From Planctomycetota bacterium (GTDB taxonomy: Bacteria > Planctomycetota > GCA-002687715 > DRQF01): a stretch of DNA of 64,000 nt. A program made the translations under genes and the position numbers. The DNA is taken from NCBI GenBank assembly GCA_036479435.1, contig JAZGFI010000103.1:96001-160000 (forward strand), written 5' to 3'. How positions within the stretch are numbered: position 1 is the first letter of the stretch; the number at the start of each line of letters is the position of its first letter. The notes beneath the pieces are model-generated. The model saw nothing but the letters and a program-made list of their open reading frames with translations, made no database searches and was not told the origin of the DNA. Below are positions 9,372-18,918 of this stretch, one piece after another.

Positions 9372-10007
9372 ATGTCTCTCATCAATTCTCAACCAGCTCC
9401 GCGGGATTCCCGCCAAAACGGTACGGTTCTCATCGAGGCCGTCATTGTGGTCTTGCTGGCCTTTGCGGCGACGTTTTTTTGGCGTAGTGGCGGCAAAAGT
9501 GATCGGATCTTGCGCAACGAGGGCAACGCAATTGAGGATTTGCGAGCCTTGGTTCGGGTACAGACGGCCTATCGAAACTCACACTCACGCTTTGGATTTC
9601 TGGACGAACTCGATGAGAGCCAGACCGGATGGCGCGTCTACCCGCGGAGACGCGGGGAATCCGGACCGTCAGCGATTCGCGGCGGTTATTGCCTGGCGCT
9701 CTATCTGTCGAGCGACGCCGGAGAAGAGATGGGCCTGGTGACGGGGGAGAAACCCCGTGATGATTTTTGGATTGCCTACGCTTGGCCCCTAGAGTTTGGC
9801 CTTACCGGTCGGCGTCTATTTTCCATCGATTTGGACGGCACCTTACGAGCCTGGGAAAACCAGCTCGGCACTTTCGACGGTCCAGATCGACGTCCGGCGG
9901 CCGCCATGGCTCCGGACACTGAGTCACGACAGTACCCGTTCCACCGCGGCAATCAGGGCTACCTTGGCAAAGTTCGTTGGCGTCCGGTGGAAGGGACACG
10001 ACCTTGA
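9372..10007 (+). CDS. Type IV pilin / pseudopilin-like protein
   Basis: Prepilin-like N-terminus 'QNG|TVLIEAVIVVLL' with Glu at +5, then 'NEGNAIEDLRALVRVQTAY' and 'AYAWPLEFGLTGRRLFSID', typical of pilin-like/DUF2950-type proteins. Confidence 0.6.
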   Translation: MSLINSQPAPRDSRQNGTVLIEAVIVVLLAFAATFFWRSGGKSDRILRNEGNAIEDLRALVRVQTAYRNSHSRFGFLDELDESQTGWRVYPRRRGESGPSAIRGGYCLALYLSSDAGEEMGLVTGEKPRDDFWIAYAWPLEFGLTGRRLFSIDLDGTLRAWENQLGTFDGPDRRPAAAMAPDTESRQYPFHRGNQGYLGKVRWRPVEGTRP

Positions 10008-11695
10008 GCGGCGACGAGAAAGCACAATCCGCTGACTCACATCGCAGCGCTGCTGATTCAAATCGCAGCGCTGCTGCGATTGCAAACTTGCGAACCTTAC
10101 TGGAAGACCTCGACTGGAGCGGCTTGGAAGATACCGAAAGTCGAGAGAGACTCATCGAAGAGGCCGCGGCTCTCGGCTACTACTTAAGCCGAAAAGAAAA
10201 CCCGGACCTCCCTCCCCTCGACCTGATTTTCGGCCCTTCTGGCGCGGGCAAAAGCAGCTTGTTCAATCTGCTTTCCGGCGGCGATCACGCGCATACTTCA
10301 AGCGTTGAGCGCCCCGCCAGCCGCGGCGCTCTTTTGGGAAGCAGCGCCGAAATCTTGGAAGAGATCGAGTCCTTGGATCTTTTTCCTACTTTTGAGATCG
10401 GCCGCGTCAAAGGCCAACACGCGCAAAAAGGCGAGGAGGGTCGCGTCGGGCTGCTCGCCATGTCCCAAGCACCTTCAGGCGGCGGGGTGCTCATTGATTG
10501 TCCCGATTATGACACCCGCGTTGACGCCAATCGCCGCATCGCAGAGCGTCTAATTCGTTGGGCCGACCGCATCGTGTTTGTGACGTCATTGGAACGCTAC
10601 GCCGATCGGAGCGCCCAGCCCTACTTGAGCGAAATCGCCGAACGCCAAGTGCCGGTGTTTTATTTGCTCAACAAGGCTGAAGGCGATGCTGCACAACTCG
10701 CGAAGGACTGTTTGAGCCAACTCATGCAGCTGGGGGGGCCCAAGGCCAAGGTTGGCATCATGCCCCGGGCGGAACCAGCTGCTCTGGGCCAGGCCGAAGT
10801 CCTTGAGGAGATCCGTGCTTTTCTTGCCTCCTCGCCAAACGACGACCGCCACCAAGCGAGCCTAGGCCGCTTCGTGGCGGACTGTAGAAAGTCCATCAGC
10901 GCGCCTTTAATTGCCTGGGCGGAGCGCCGCGCCGCCCTTCTGCGCAGGCTCGACGAAGTGCTCGCGCAGAAAACAGAGTTCGATCACGGTCCGAACTTGA
11001 GCCCATTTGAGCGTTTTGAAGACGACACGAAGTTTTGGCTGCGCTACTCGCCACGTTCAATGTGGCGCGGCGCCAAGGACCTCATTCGTCGCCCCAAAAG
11101 TCTCTTTGAGGCGCCAAAGATTCCGCGGGAACCGGATCGCAACGAGATTGCAACCTTGGTTGTTGATCAGGCTTGGAGTGCTTTTGATGAGCTGCAGATT
11201 CGTACCCGCGAGACCATGAAAGCCGACGCACTCGGTCGACAAGTCGTCGCCGATGAACAGTTCGCCGCCTCCGACTTCGATCGCGACCATTTACGCCGAC
11301 ACTTTGGCCCCTTGATTGATCGGCTAACACAGTTCAGCCAGAAAACGCTCGAGAGGTTTCGCTCTGAGCACGATGCACGTCGAGGAAGCTGGGTCGCTCA
11401 GTTTCGATTTTGGGCCGTCGACAAAGTTCTGAAGCTGCTGTTTTTGTCCGTCCACTTCACCGTTATTCCCATCGTGGTCTACACGCTTTTGGAGAAAATC
11501 GGAATGGAGTCCTTTAGCAATGAAGTCAAAAATGAGTTTCGAGAAGACCAAGAGCTCTACCGCGAGTTGCTCCATCAGGGGCTAAAAGAACAGTTCGACG
11601 CCTACGTGCAACGCGTCGATGCCTTGGGGCCGAATCCCAAATTGGCCGTTCACCTTGAGCTTTTATTGCAAAGCATCGAGGAGGAGCTCACTTGA
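10004..11695 (+). CDS. Dynamin-like / TRAFAC GTPase with C-terminal helical and hydrophobic region
   Basis: G1 GPSGAGKS, G3-like DCPD, G4 NKAE. The TTG start at 10004 overlaps the upstream stop (TTGA); the ORF track starts at 9977. Confidence 0.75.
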   Translation: MSGDEKAQSADSHRSAADSNRSAAAIANLRTLLEDLDWSGLEDTESRERLIEEAAALGYYLSRKENPDLPPLDLIFGPSGAGKSSLFNLLSGGDHAHTSSVERPASRGALLGSSAEILEEIESLDLFPTFEIGRVKGQHAQKGEEGRVGLLAMSQAPSGGGVLIDCPDYDTRVDANRRIAERLIRWADRIVFVTSLERYADRSAQPYLSEIAERQVPVFYLLNKAEGDAAQLAKDCLSQLMQLGGPKAKVGIMPRAEPAALGQAEVLEEIRAFLASSPNDDRHQASLGRFVADCRKSISAPLIAWAERRAALLRRLDEVLAQKTEFDHGPNLSPFERFEDDTKFWLRYSPRSMWRGAKDLIRRPKSLFEAPKIPREPDRNEIATLVVDQAWSAFDELQIRTRETMKADALGRQVVADEQFAASDFDRDHLRRHFGPLIDRLTQFSQKTLERFRSEHDARRGSWVAQFRFWAVDKVLKLLFLSVHFTVIPIVVYTLLEKIGMESFSNEVKNEFREDQELYRELLHQGLKEQFDAYVQRVDALGPNPKLAVHLELLLQSIEEELT

Positions 11696-13455
11696 GCCTC
11701 AGCGAAGACATCTTTCAACTTGAACGCCGGTTGCAGAAGTTCGAAGCACAGTTGGAATCCCGTTATCCAGACCGGATTCGTCGTTTGGCTTTGGCATCCC
11801 GGCGGGCAGGAGTTCCCGAAGACCTTTTGACCGTGGGCTTAGTCGGCGGTACCGGGGTCGGCAAGAGCAGTCTCATCAATGCCCTTGCCGGGCGCGAGAT
11901 TTCCGCGACATCTTCGCGGCGGCCGACAACAGATCGCATCATCCCCTACCTGCATCGCGATCGGATGTCGGCCGTCGATCACATGGATTCCATCGTCAAA
12001 AACCTCAGTCGCGAGCGGGCAGTTCACGACGTCGAAGGCCTGCGCTACTTGGCGCTGTTCGACCTTCCGGACATCGACAGTTCGGCAGAAAAGAACGCCA
12101 CAGTCGTGCGCGAAGCGCTGCAGAGCCTTGATCTCGTGGTCTGGGTGACGTCGATTACCAAATTCGCTGACCGCGTATTTCACGACTGGATTGGCGAGCA
12201 AAGCTCGGGCATGAACCTCGCGAATTTCGTCTTTGTTTTGAACAAAGTCGATGAGATCGCCGACCCCGATCCCCAAGCGGCCGCCCGACAACTACACGAG
12301 AACTTTCGATCGAGCGTCATGGAGTCCTTGGGCGCAGGAGGCTTGAGCGCCGAGCCTCGCTTTTTCCTCGTCTCCGCTGCTCCCAGGGCGGAGCGGTCCG
12401 CCGCGGATCAGTTCGAGGCCTTTCGCGACTTTTTGCTGACCGAGCGCGACCAGCGTGAAGTCGCCAAAATCAAAAGCTCAAACCGTGGTGCCGAGTTAGA
12501 GAGCCGGCACCAGCACTTGGTTGAGGCTTTAGCCTTCGACGAACGCTTGGAGTGGATCGACGGCGACTCGACGTTTACTGAGGAGCGAGTGTTAGCAGAA
12601 CTGGATCGCGAAGACGTCCAAGACGCCTTGCAGAAGGTACTTCGCGAAAGCCCGGTTCAAGCGGCTATGGCGCGCGACGACTTTAGAGCCTCCCTGGCCT
12701 CCTGGCCGATCCTGCCCCAACTCGGTTTTCTCCTCGCGCCCTTTCGCGGAATTCCCAAGCTGCTGCAGCAGATAGCACTCTTGGCGCGACTCGAAGGGAC
12801 CGGTGAGTCCGCGCTCAAAAAGCGCCGGGATCCCCTATTTGAAGCCATGCGGCGGATCGAGGATGACCGCCGGCGCCGGCGAAGCCGCATCAAAGACCCC
12901 CGTTTAGAGGCGGTCCTAAGCAACAAAAATGATGCCGCCATCGAGACCCACCGAACGCGGCTTCAAAACGAATGCGATGCGAAACTCGATGAGGCCTTAG
13001 CGGAAAAACGGCCCGACAGCAGGTCCCAGCGAAAGCCGAAAAAAGGCTTTGTCAAATCGGTCTTGATCTGGCTGCCTCTCATTTGGTTTCCGCTGCTACA
13101 ACCCTTGCTGCAGACCATCCTCAATCCTGAGCACGACCTATCTACTCTGCCGCTAAGACTCGTACACCGTCTCGTTCGGATCACGGGAGCGACTCATCTG
13201 CTCGTTTCCTTGCTATTCGTGGTGGTCTTGTACGCAGCCTACGTCCTTATTTTGCGCGCCCTCTCTTGGGCCCGCGCCGCTCGCGAATGCCGCAAGCTTC
13301 TTGAGACCGATTGGTGGACGACCACCCTACGAGAACGCTTCCACGCCGTTTTGACCAGTGAGAACAAGAGTCTCAGATCATCGGTTAACGAAGAGCAGAG
13401 TGAAGCCTCCCAGATATTGGGCGAGCTCAATGCGCTCAAAGAAAAGACCGGCTAA
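11692..13455 (+). CDS. Second dynamin-like GTPase with C-terminal TM segments
   Basis: G1 GGTGVGKS, G2 RRPTT, G3-like DLPDIDS, G4 NKVD, two hydrophobic C-terminal segments. 4-bp overlap with the upstream GTPase. Confidence 0.8.
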   Translation: MSLSEDIFQLERRLQKFEAQLESRYPDRIRRLALASRRAGVPEDLLTVGLVGGTGVGKSSLINALAGREISATSSRRPTTDRIIPYLHRDRMSAVDHMDSIVKNLSRERAVHDVEGLRYLALFDLPDIDSSAEKNATVVREALQSLDLVVWVTSITKFADRVFHDWIGEQSSGMNLANFVFVLNKVDEIADPDPQAAARQLHENFRSSVMESLGAGGLSAEPRFFLVSAAPRAERSAADQFEAFRDFLLTERDQREVAKIKSSNRGAELESRHQHLVEALAFDERLEWIDGDSTFTEERVLAELDREDVQDALQKVLRESPVQAAMARDDFRASLASWPILPQLGFLLAPFRGIPKLLQQIALLARLEGTGESALKKRRDPLFEAMRRIEDDRRRRRSRIKDPRLEAVLSNKNDAAIETHRTRLQNECDAKLDEALAEKRPDSRSQRKPKKGFVKSVLIWLPLIWFPLLQPLLQTILNPEHDLSTLPLRLVHRLVRITGATHLLVSLLFVVVLYAAYVLILRALSWARAARECRKLLETDWWTTTLRERFHAVLTSENKSLRSSVNEEQSEASQILGELNALKEKTG

Positions 13456-14018
13456 AGTTCCTCCATCGCCTCCACGACGATGTCGGCGAAGCCGATGATG
13501 GCGATGGCGTTCAGCATGCCGACCACGATGGCGGCGGCAATGATGAGGCCTAAATTGAAGCCCGCGACTCGCCCCGCTACGGCAACGAGGACGGTCGTGG
13601 TGATGACATTGAAGATCATGGCCTGGTTGACGGGGCGCCGGAGGCGATCGAGGCGTCGTTGAAGCTCGCGGCGCGTACCCGTCGCGAGATAGTGTCCGAG
13701 GTTCTCGGCTTCGAGGCGAAAATACTGCCGGTCAATGCGCGTGAGCACACGTAGAAAAGGCCGACAATCGTAGCGGACAAAAACACTCTGCTGACGCCTG
13801 CTACTCTCATCGGTCATCCCCGGCTTTACTTCTACTACGACTGGCAGTTTTTCGATTCGCGATGACATGGCGGCGCGAAGACCAGCTTTCTTCTCGAAAC
13901 TGATGACATCTCCGGAGACCTCGCGTTCGGAGTACCCCTCACCGAGGAAAAAAGCGCGCACCCCCTCTTGGGCGAGCTCTGGCCGTTCGTCGATTTGAAT
14001 GCGAGTGGCGTACCTCAA
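13452..14018 (-). CDS. Hypothetical membrane protein (two C-terminal TM helices)
   Basis: TTG start at 14018 overlaps the stop of the upstream HEAT gene. C-terminal hydrophobic hairpin. Confidence 0.6.
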   Translation of the reverse strand: MRYATRIQIDERPELAQEGVRAFFLGEGYSEREVSGDVISFEKKAGLRAAMSSRIEKLPVVVEVKPGMTDESSRRQQSVFVRYDCRPFLRVLTRIDRQYFRLEAENLGHYLATGTRRELQRRLDRLRRPVNQAMIFNVITTTVLVAVAGRVAGFNLGLIIAAAIVVGMLNAIAIIGFADIVVEAMEEL

Positions 14019-15424
14019 GATAGTTTTGCCAGCCCGAGGTCCAACTGCCGCAAGGCCATACGCTGAAAGATAAGGTCTCCTCGCTTTTGCCGAGGCGGCA
14101 GTGATTCCAACAACGCCCTTGAATCTTGGTGATGGATGGACGCCAAGATTGCAACGAGTCGTTGCCAAGATGAGGTGTCTTTGACCTTCTCCGCGATCTC
14201 GGCGAGATAGGGTACGGCCAGATGACCGTAGGACTCAAAGTTTCGTTCGGCAATGAAACGGTAGGGCTCGCCAGCGAGGTACAGGTCGCGTAAAAGTGGG
14301 AGCGCCTCTACGATGCCCGCTTGCGAAAGACCGGCCATGAACGCACCCAGCTCATTGGCGTGGTAACGTCGCCAGTTGAGGCGCATTTCTCTCAGCGCGC
14401 CGAGGTCGCCGATGCGCCCAAGCACACTCAGCGCCTGAGACCTCCGCACCAGGTCGTCACCGGCTAAGTCGCGCATGACGCGTCTTCGACCATCTTCATG
14501 ACCGCATTTCAGCAGCGAAACGAGGGCTTCAAATCCGAGGTTGGGAAGGTCGCCTCGAGCCCAGCGGTCGTAGATCAGGAGCGAATCTAGGCCGGTGGCA
14601 AGATAGAGATAGTGGAGAGCTTGGGCTCGGCTTGTTTCTTTCAGGCTCTCATCCGCGACATCGTCTTTTAGGTTGCGAATGCCTTCAGATAGACCGAGTG
14701 AAGCACAGGCCCAGGCCGCGAGGACGCGCACGTCGACGTTCTCGTGGTTTCGCAAAGCTCGAAACTGTGGAATAGCCTCCTTCAGTTTTCGGTTTGCAAG
14801 GGCCGGCATAGCACTGAGAAGACACTCGCGATCGAATCTTGTGAGCCGGAGCCGCAGTGCGTCGAAAGCCTCGTCGTTGCCTAGGGCGATCAGGGCGTCC
14901 ACGACACTTCGGTCACTACCCTCTTCGCTTTTGTCCAAGAGGGTTAGGAGCGGAACGACCACATTCGAATGCCGTTGGGTGAAGACGGCACGCTTGGCGT
15001 TGCTGATGGCTTCGTAATTTCGACTCAACAATCCGTAGCGCACCAAAGGCGCGAACTTCGGGTGTTTTTTGCGAGCAAAGATCTCCATGAATGAAGACAA
15101 AGGAGCGTCGGCTTTTCGGCGCTGGTGAAAATCGTCAACGATGAGATCAACCACGGCTTCATCGCGACAAAGCAAGGCAAGCTCGTCCTTGACGGAGCCG
15201 GTCGAGGTCGCCGCAATGGAAGTGTTCGCCATGACGTCCAACCGCAGCCTGGCTCGTTCCAGGCGCTCTGTGGAGGATATATCGAGATAGAACAGCGGGT
15301 CGTCGAGCTTGGAGACCTTGGCCCCCGTAGCACCCGAGTTCGGTGACACCGCATCATGAAACAAAGTCCAGGCCATGAGCCCCGACCCGAAGGCAACTAG
15401 GATGTAGATAAGAAGAGTTTTCAT
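14015..15424 (-). CDS. Membrane-anchored/exported HEAT-repeat protein
   Basis: N-terminal TM or signal segment. HEAT-like repeats (DVRVLAAWACASLG, VRRSQALSVLGRIGD). Confidence 0.72.
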   Translation of the reverse strand: MKTLLIYILVAFGSGLMAWTLFHDAVSPNSGATGAKVSKLDDPLFYLDISSTERLERARLRLDVMANTSIAATSTGSVKDELALLCRDEAVVDLIVDDFHQRRKADAPLSSFMEIFARKKHPKFAPLVRYGLLSRNYEAISNAKRAVFTQRHSNVVVPLLTLLDKSEEGSDRSVVDALIALGNDEAFDALRLRLTRFDRECLLSAMPALANRKLKEAIPQFRALRNHENVDVRVLAAWACASLGLSEGIRNLKDDVADESLKETSRAQALHYLYLATGLDSLLIYDRWARGDLPNLGFEALVSLLKCGHEDGRRRVMRDLAGDDLVRRSQALSVLGRIGDLGALREMRLNWRRYHANELGAFMAGLSQAGIVEALPLLRDLYLAGEPYRFIAERNFESYGHLAVPYLAEIAEKVKDTSSWQRLVAILASIHHQDSRALLESLPPRQKRGDLIFQRMALRQLDLGLAKLS

Positions 15425-15477
15425 ACGTTCATTCTCGAGGCCAAATGCGCTCCGACCTTTTGCGAATAGAAAAGAGT

Positions 15478-17175
15478 CTAACTCAATGAAGCGGTGATTG
15501 CGGTACGGGTAACGATGTCACCCAGACGCTGTCGCTTGGGGCCCAGAAGCAAAAAGAACGCCGTGCAGAAGCCCAAGTCGATCGTCAGCAGCGCACGTCG
15601 GCCCAAGGCACGCCAAAAGCTGAGTTCGGAGCGACCATCTTCCATACTGACTTGGATGCGGAGGACTTTTTTTCCGGGCGTGACTCGATACTTCCACTCA
15701 CACCATGCTCCCACGATCATCAATATCAAATGGGTGACGACGAGATACCCGTAGACACCATCTTCGATTTGGTTGAGCCGCAAAGCGGCGTCCGCGGCGG
15801 GGTCTGCCAAAAAAAGCTCATGGAGCGTCGCCCGGCCACTCGCAAAAGGCAAGAACAGCACTATCGCCACCGCCAAGGCGAGACCCATGTCAATACCCAA
15901 AGCGAGAACGCGGCGCCAAATGGTAGCGGGCAGCACCGCCACGACGCCAGCGGGCAAGCCGGGGCCCTGCAGGCTTTCCACGAACCCTGCGAGCAAGGCC
16001 ACGATGGCCGGACCATGAATGAGGAGTAGCAACAAGGCGCCAATAGCGAAGGACTGCTTCAATGAATCGAAGCGATCGAGCCTGACTAGCTCGGAGTCGG
16101 AGCTAGTGTCGACTTCGATGAGAATAGACTCGTCGGCATTGAGCGCCAGGTATCGTCCTGCGCCGAGGTGTTGCAGCTCGACAGTTGGCAGAGGGTCATG
16201 GGCGCGAATCACTGAATCCCGCCGCATCAAGGCTTGGCCCTGTTCGCCGTCAAAGATCTGGAGAACCAACTCATCCTTCGGCGCGGTGAAGCAACCGACT
16301 GAGATTCGACCGGAGTCTGAGTTTTCGCCACGGTAAAGCGCCAAGACGGAGTGAGAACCCGACAGACTGTGGTCAGGGAAGAGAGGCCTCACCAAGGCTC
16401 CCTCTAACGCGATTCCGCGCAGTGTTCGTTCTGACTTAGTACTCGAAGCGTCAGAATCGGATTTCTCGACCCAGAGGACTTCGGTTACGGGCGCTGTCTT
16501 CGACAAATAGAAGGCCTCGATCGAGGCCGTGGCCAGCAGCTTTGAGATTATGCGCGGACTCCAACCGCCCAAAGACGGCTCCACGAGCACCAAGTTTTCG
16601 TCCTGCAGCGCTAACACGCGCAATCCCCTCGCGCCGAAAGTCGCGGCGAGTGGCACAACTTCTAGTCTTCCAAATGACTTGTCGCTTCGAGTCGCAGCGG
16701 ATTCAGGCTGGCTAAGATCGAATTCCTCGACTTGGGTCTTGTCGACGATGGCGAGCTTGCCGTCGCCAAACGCGGTGACGTCGGCAAAACGTGGCCCTTT
16801 TCGAATTTCAGTTTTTAGGTGCCTGATGTCCGCGAGAGACCAGGTTCCCGTCAAACCCGCAGCATCGGCGCCTTCGAACCCGCTCAATTCGCTGGCACGG
16901 GTCTTCAAGACCAAAAGGCGATCACCGTCGTAGCCGACGTGAACGTCCTTGGACACCTCGGATTTCTTCGCCATCTCCAGGCCCAGGGAGATAAGGATGA
17001 AAAGTGCCACCAACCCGAGAACAATGGGATGGCGCAGAGGATGCAGGCGAAAAGGCCAAAGTGGTCCGGACTTTGGCGTCTGAAGTTCCCCGCCTTCGTC
17101 GTGAGAAGAGGAGTCCTCGGGCGGCTTGCCGTCACCGTTAAGCTCAGAATCGCTTGAAGAGAGCAAGGAGGTCAC
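15478..17175 (-). CDS. Membrane protein with large extracytoplasmic region and C-terminal RDD domain
   Basis: ATIWRRVLALGIDM, TPGKKVLRIQV and KRQRLGDIVTRT are RDD-family signatures. Confidence 0.75.
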   Translation of the reverse strand: MTSLLSSSDSELNGDGKPPEDSSSHDEGGELQTPKSGPLWPFRLHPLRHPIVLGLVALFILISLGLEMAKKSEVSKDVHVGYDGDRLLVLKTRASELSGFEGADAAGLTGTWSLADIRHLKTEIRKGPRFADVTAFGDGKLAIVDKTQVEEFDLSQPESAATRSDKSFGRLEVVPLAATFGARGLRVLALQDENLVLVEPSLGGWSPRIISKLLATASIEAFYLSKTAPVTEVLWVEKSDSDASSTKSERTLRGIALEGALVRPLFPDHSLSGSHSVLALYRGENSDSGRISVGCFTAPKDELVLQIFDGEQGQALMRRDSVIRAHDPLPTVELQHLGAGRYLALNADESILIEVDTSSDSELVRLDRFDSLKQSFAIGALLLLLIHGPAIVALLAGFVESLQGPGLPAGVVAVLPATIWRRVLALGIDMGLALAVAIVLFLPFASGRATLHELFLADPAADAALRLNQIEDGVYGYLVVTHLILMIVGAWCEWKYRVTPGKKVLRIQVSMEDGRSELSFWRALGRRALLTIDLGFCTAFFLLLGPKRQRLGDIVTRTAITASLS

Positions 17176-18890
17176 TGACCCGCAACGCGCCAGTTTAGGA
17201 CTTCGGTGCTCGAACCCATGGCAAAGGCTAGTTCAGCCAAAGCAACCCGATGATCAACCAGCGCTCGTATGAGTTCGCTTTGACGAAGCGCCAAGTCCTC
17301 TTGAACCTGTGTCACCTGAAAGTTGGTCGAGACTTTGTTCTCGAGTTTGATCTGCTCATTGTTGAGTTCTTCTTGCTTAAGTTGCGCCGCACGTTTGCGA
17401 GAGACAATGGTCTTTTCGGCCAGCTTGACCTTGCGATAGGAAATGCGGACCTCTTCGACGCGATTCACTTTGAGGTCACGGTAGTTGAGAATCGCCCGGT
17501 CTCGCTCAAGGCGGCGCTGCACCAAACGAGCGCGCGCGGCCTTGTTGCCGAGGGGTACTTCAAAGACCAAGCCGACGTTCCAGGTCTCGGCGCCGCGCGG
17601 GCCAAAGGACGACTTGAAAGTCTCTCCGCCGATTTCCCCCAATCCTACCCAAGAAGCACTTCCCGTTAGATCTAACTTCGGCAACGTTGAGGTGTCGGCA
17701 ACCGCGACGGCGACCGCTCGGCTTCTAAGGCCGAGCCGCGCGTCGCTGAGGTCCGGTCGCTCCTTGAGCGCGATCTTGATGCACTGATCGAGATCGGGAA
17801 TGGGGATCGACGTCTCTTCGGCGCGGTTCTTAGCGCTTATTTCGATATCCCAGTCGCCTTCAGACTCGAAGTCGAGGATGACGCGTCTTAGACCGTCCGC
17901 CCGGTCCATGATGGTGTTCTCGCCCACCAAGACATCCGTAACGCGGTTGGCGACTTCGGACTCCGCCGACGCGATTTCAATCGGCGCAAAAACCCCGGTT
18001 TCTACTTTCACTCGATTGATCGCTAACAAGGTGTTGGCGCGATCGTAGGATTGCTTTTTTACCTCGAGATCTTGAACCGAAAAAACGTACTCCCAGTAGG
18101 CACGGTGTACGTCGAGGATCTTCTGAAGAACTTCTAGTCGGTATTGCTGCCTGGATTGGGCGGCGCTGTACTTGGCTTGGGTGATGGCTGCGAGATTGAA
18201 CTGTTCCCAGGCGTCTCGCAGAATCGGCTGAGTCAAGGTCAGCGATGTATTGGTGTTCCAACTCGGGTTGACCAGCCCGCCGGCTTCGCGGTCGCGATAG
18301 TCGGCATTCATGTTGAGCTGGTAAGTCGCGCCGGTGGTAAACTTGCCGCGAATGCCAACATTGAAATTCGCCAGGTCACTACTGTCGTTGACGATGGTCT
18401 GGAAGAACTCGGGTGAGCCGTCCGGGAGGATGATGCCCGTCGGAAAAATCTGAGGAAAGACGACTTCGGATGTCCCAGCATTAGTGCCCGCAAACAAGGT
18501 GGGATCGAATTCGCCCTTGGCTTCCTCGATGCGTCCCTGCTCGATGAGGTGATCGTAGTAGCGGGCGCGCAAGGCAGTGTTGTTGCTTGTCGCCAACTTG
18601 ACGGCCTCACTGAGGCTCAAGACGAGTCGGCGCGGCGACTTTGGGGTCGTGATTTTGCCGGGCCGCGATGGCAGCGCCCTTGATGTCGCAGTTTTGGGCA
18701 AGGCCTGGGATTTGACCGCGGGGTTAGTCTCCGATTGCGCAAGACCTCTGGTCGCCAGCGCGACCAAAAAGACAGCCAATGCCAGCATCAAGCTGGTTGG
18801 TCGATATTGAGCTCGTCTCAAGGGTCCCCTCCCTATTTCACCGCTGCGTCCAGACCCTTGGCGTTCATGGACTTCGTTTGAAAATAGCAT
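17172..18890 (-). CDS. TolC-family outer membrane efflux protein
   Basis: Signal peptide, LSLSEAVKLATSNN, LTLTQPILR, RPDL...LPKLDLTGS, FEVPLGN. The true start may be downstream (MLALAV). Confidence 0.88.
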   Translation of the reverse strand: MLFSNEVHERQGSGRSGEIGRGPLRRAQYRPTSLMLALAVFLVALATRGLAQSETNPAVKSQALPKTATSRALPSRPGKITTPKSPRRLVLSLSEAVKLATSNNTALRARYYDHLIEQGRIEEAKGEFDPTLFAGTNAGTSEVVFPQIFPTGIILPDGSPEFFQTIVNDSSDLANFNVGIRGKFTTGATYQLNMNADYRDREAGGLVNPSWNTNTSLTLTQPILRDAWEQFNLAAITQAKYSAAQSRQQYRLEVLQKILDVHRAYWEYVFSVQDLEVKKQSYDRANTLLAINRVKVETGVFAPIEIASAESEVANRVTDVLVGENTIMDRADGLRRVILDFESEGDWDIEISAKNRAEETSIPIPDLDQCIKIALKERPDLSDARLGLRSRAVAVAVADTSTLPKLDLTGSASWVGLGEIGGETFKSSFGPRGAETWNVGLVFEVPLGNKAARARLVQRRLERDRAILNYRDLKVNRVEEVRISYRKVKLAEKTIVSRKRAAQLKQEELNNEQIKLENKVSTNFQVTQVQEDLALRQSELIRALVDHRVALAELAFAMGSSTEVLNWRVAGQ

Positions 18891-18918
18891 GGGCCATGAG
18901 CGTCATCAATCGAAGTGA

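Noticed and set aside
10030..10080. 21-bp near-tandem repeat (SADSHR/SAADSNR/SAAA) at the start of the first GTPase
   Set aside because: A short in-frame duplication in a likely disordered N-terminus, with no evidence of function.
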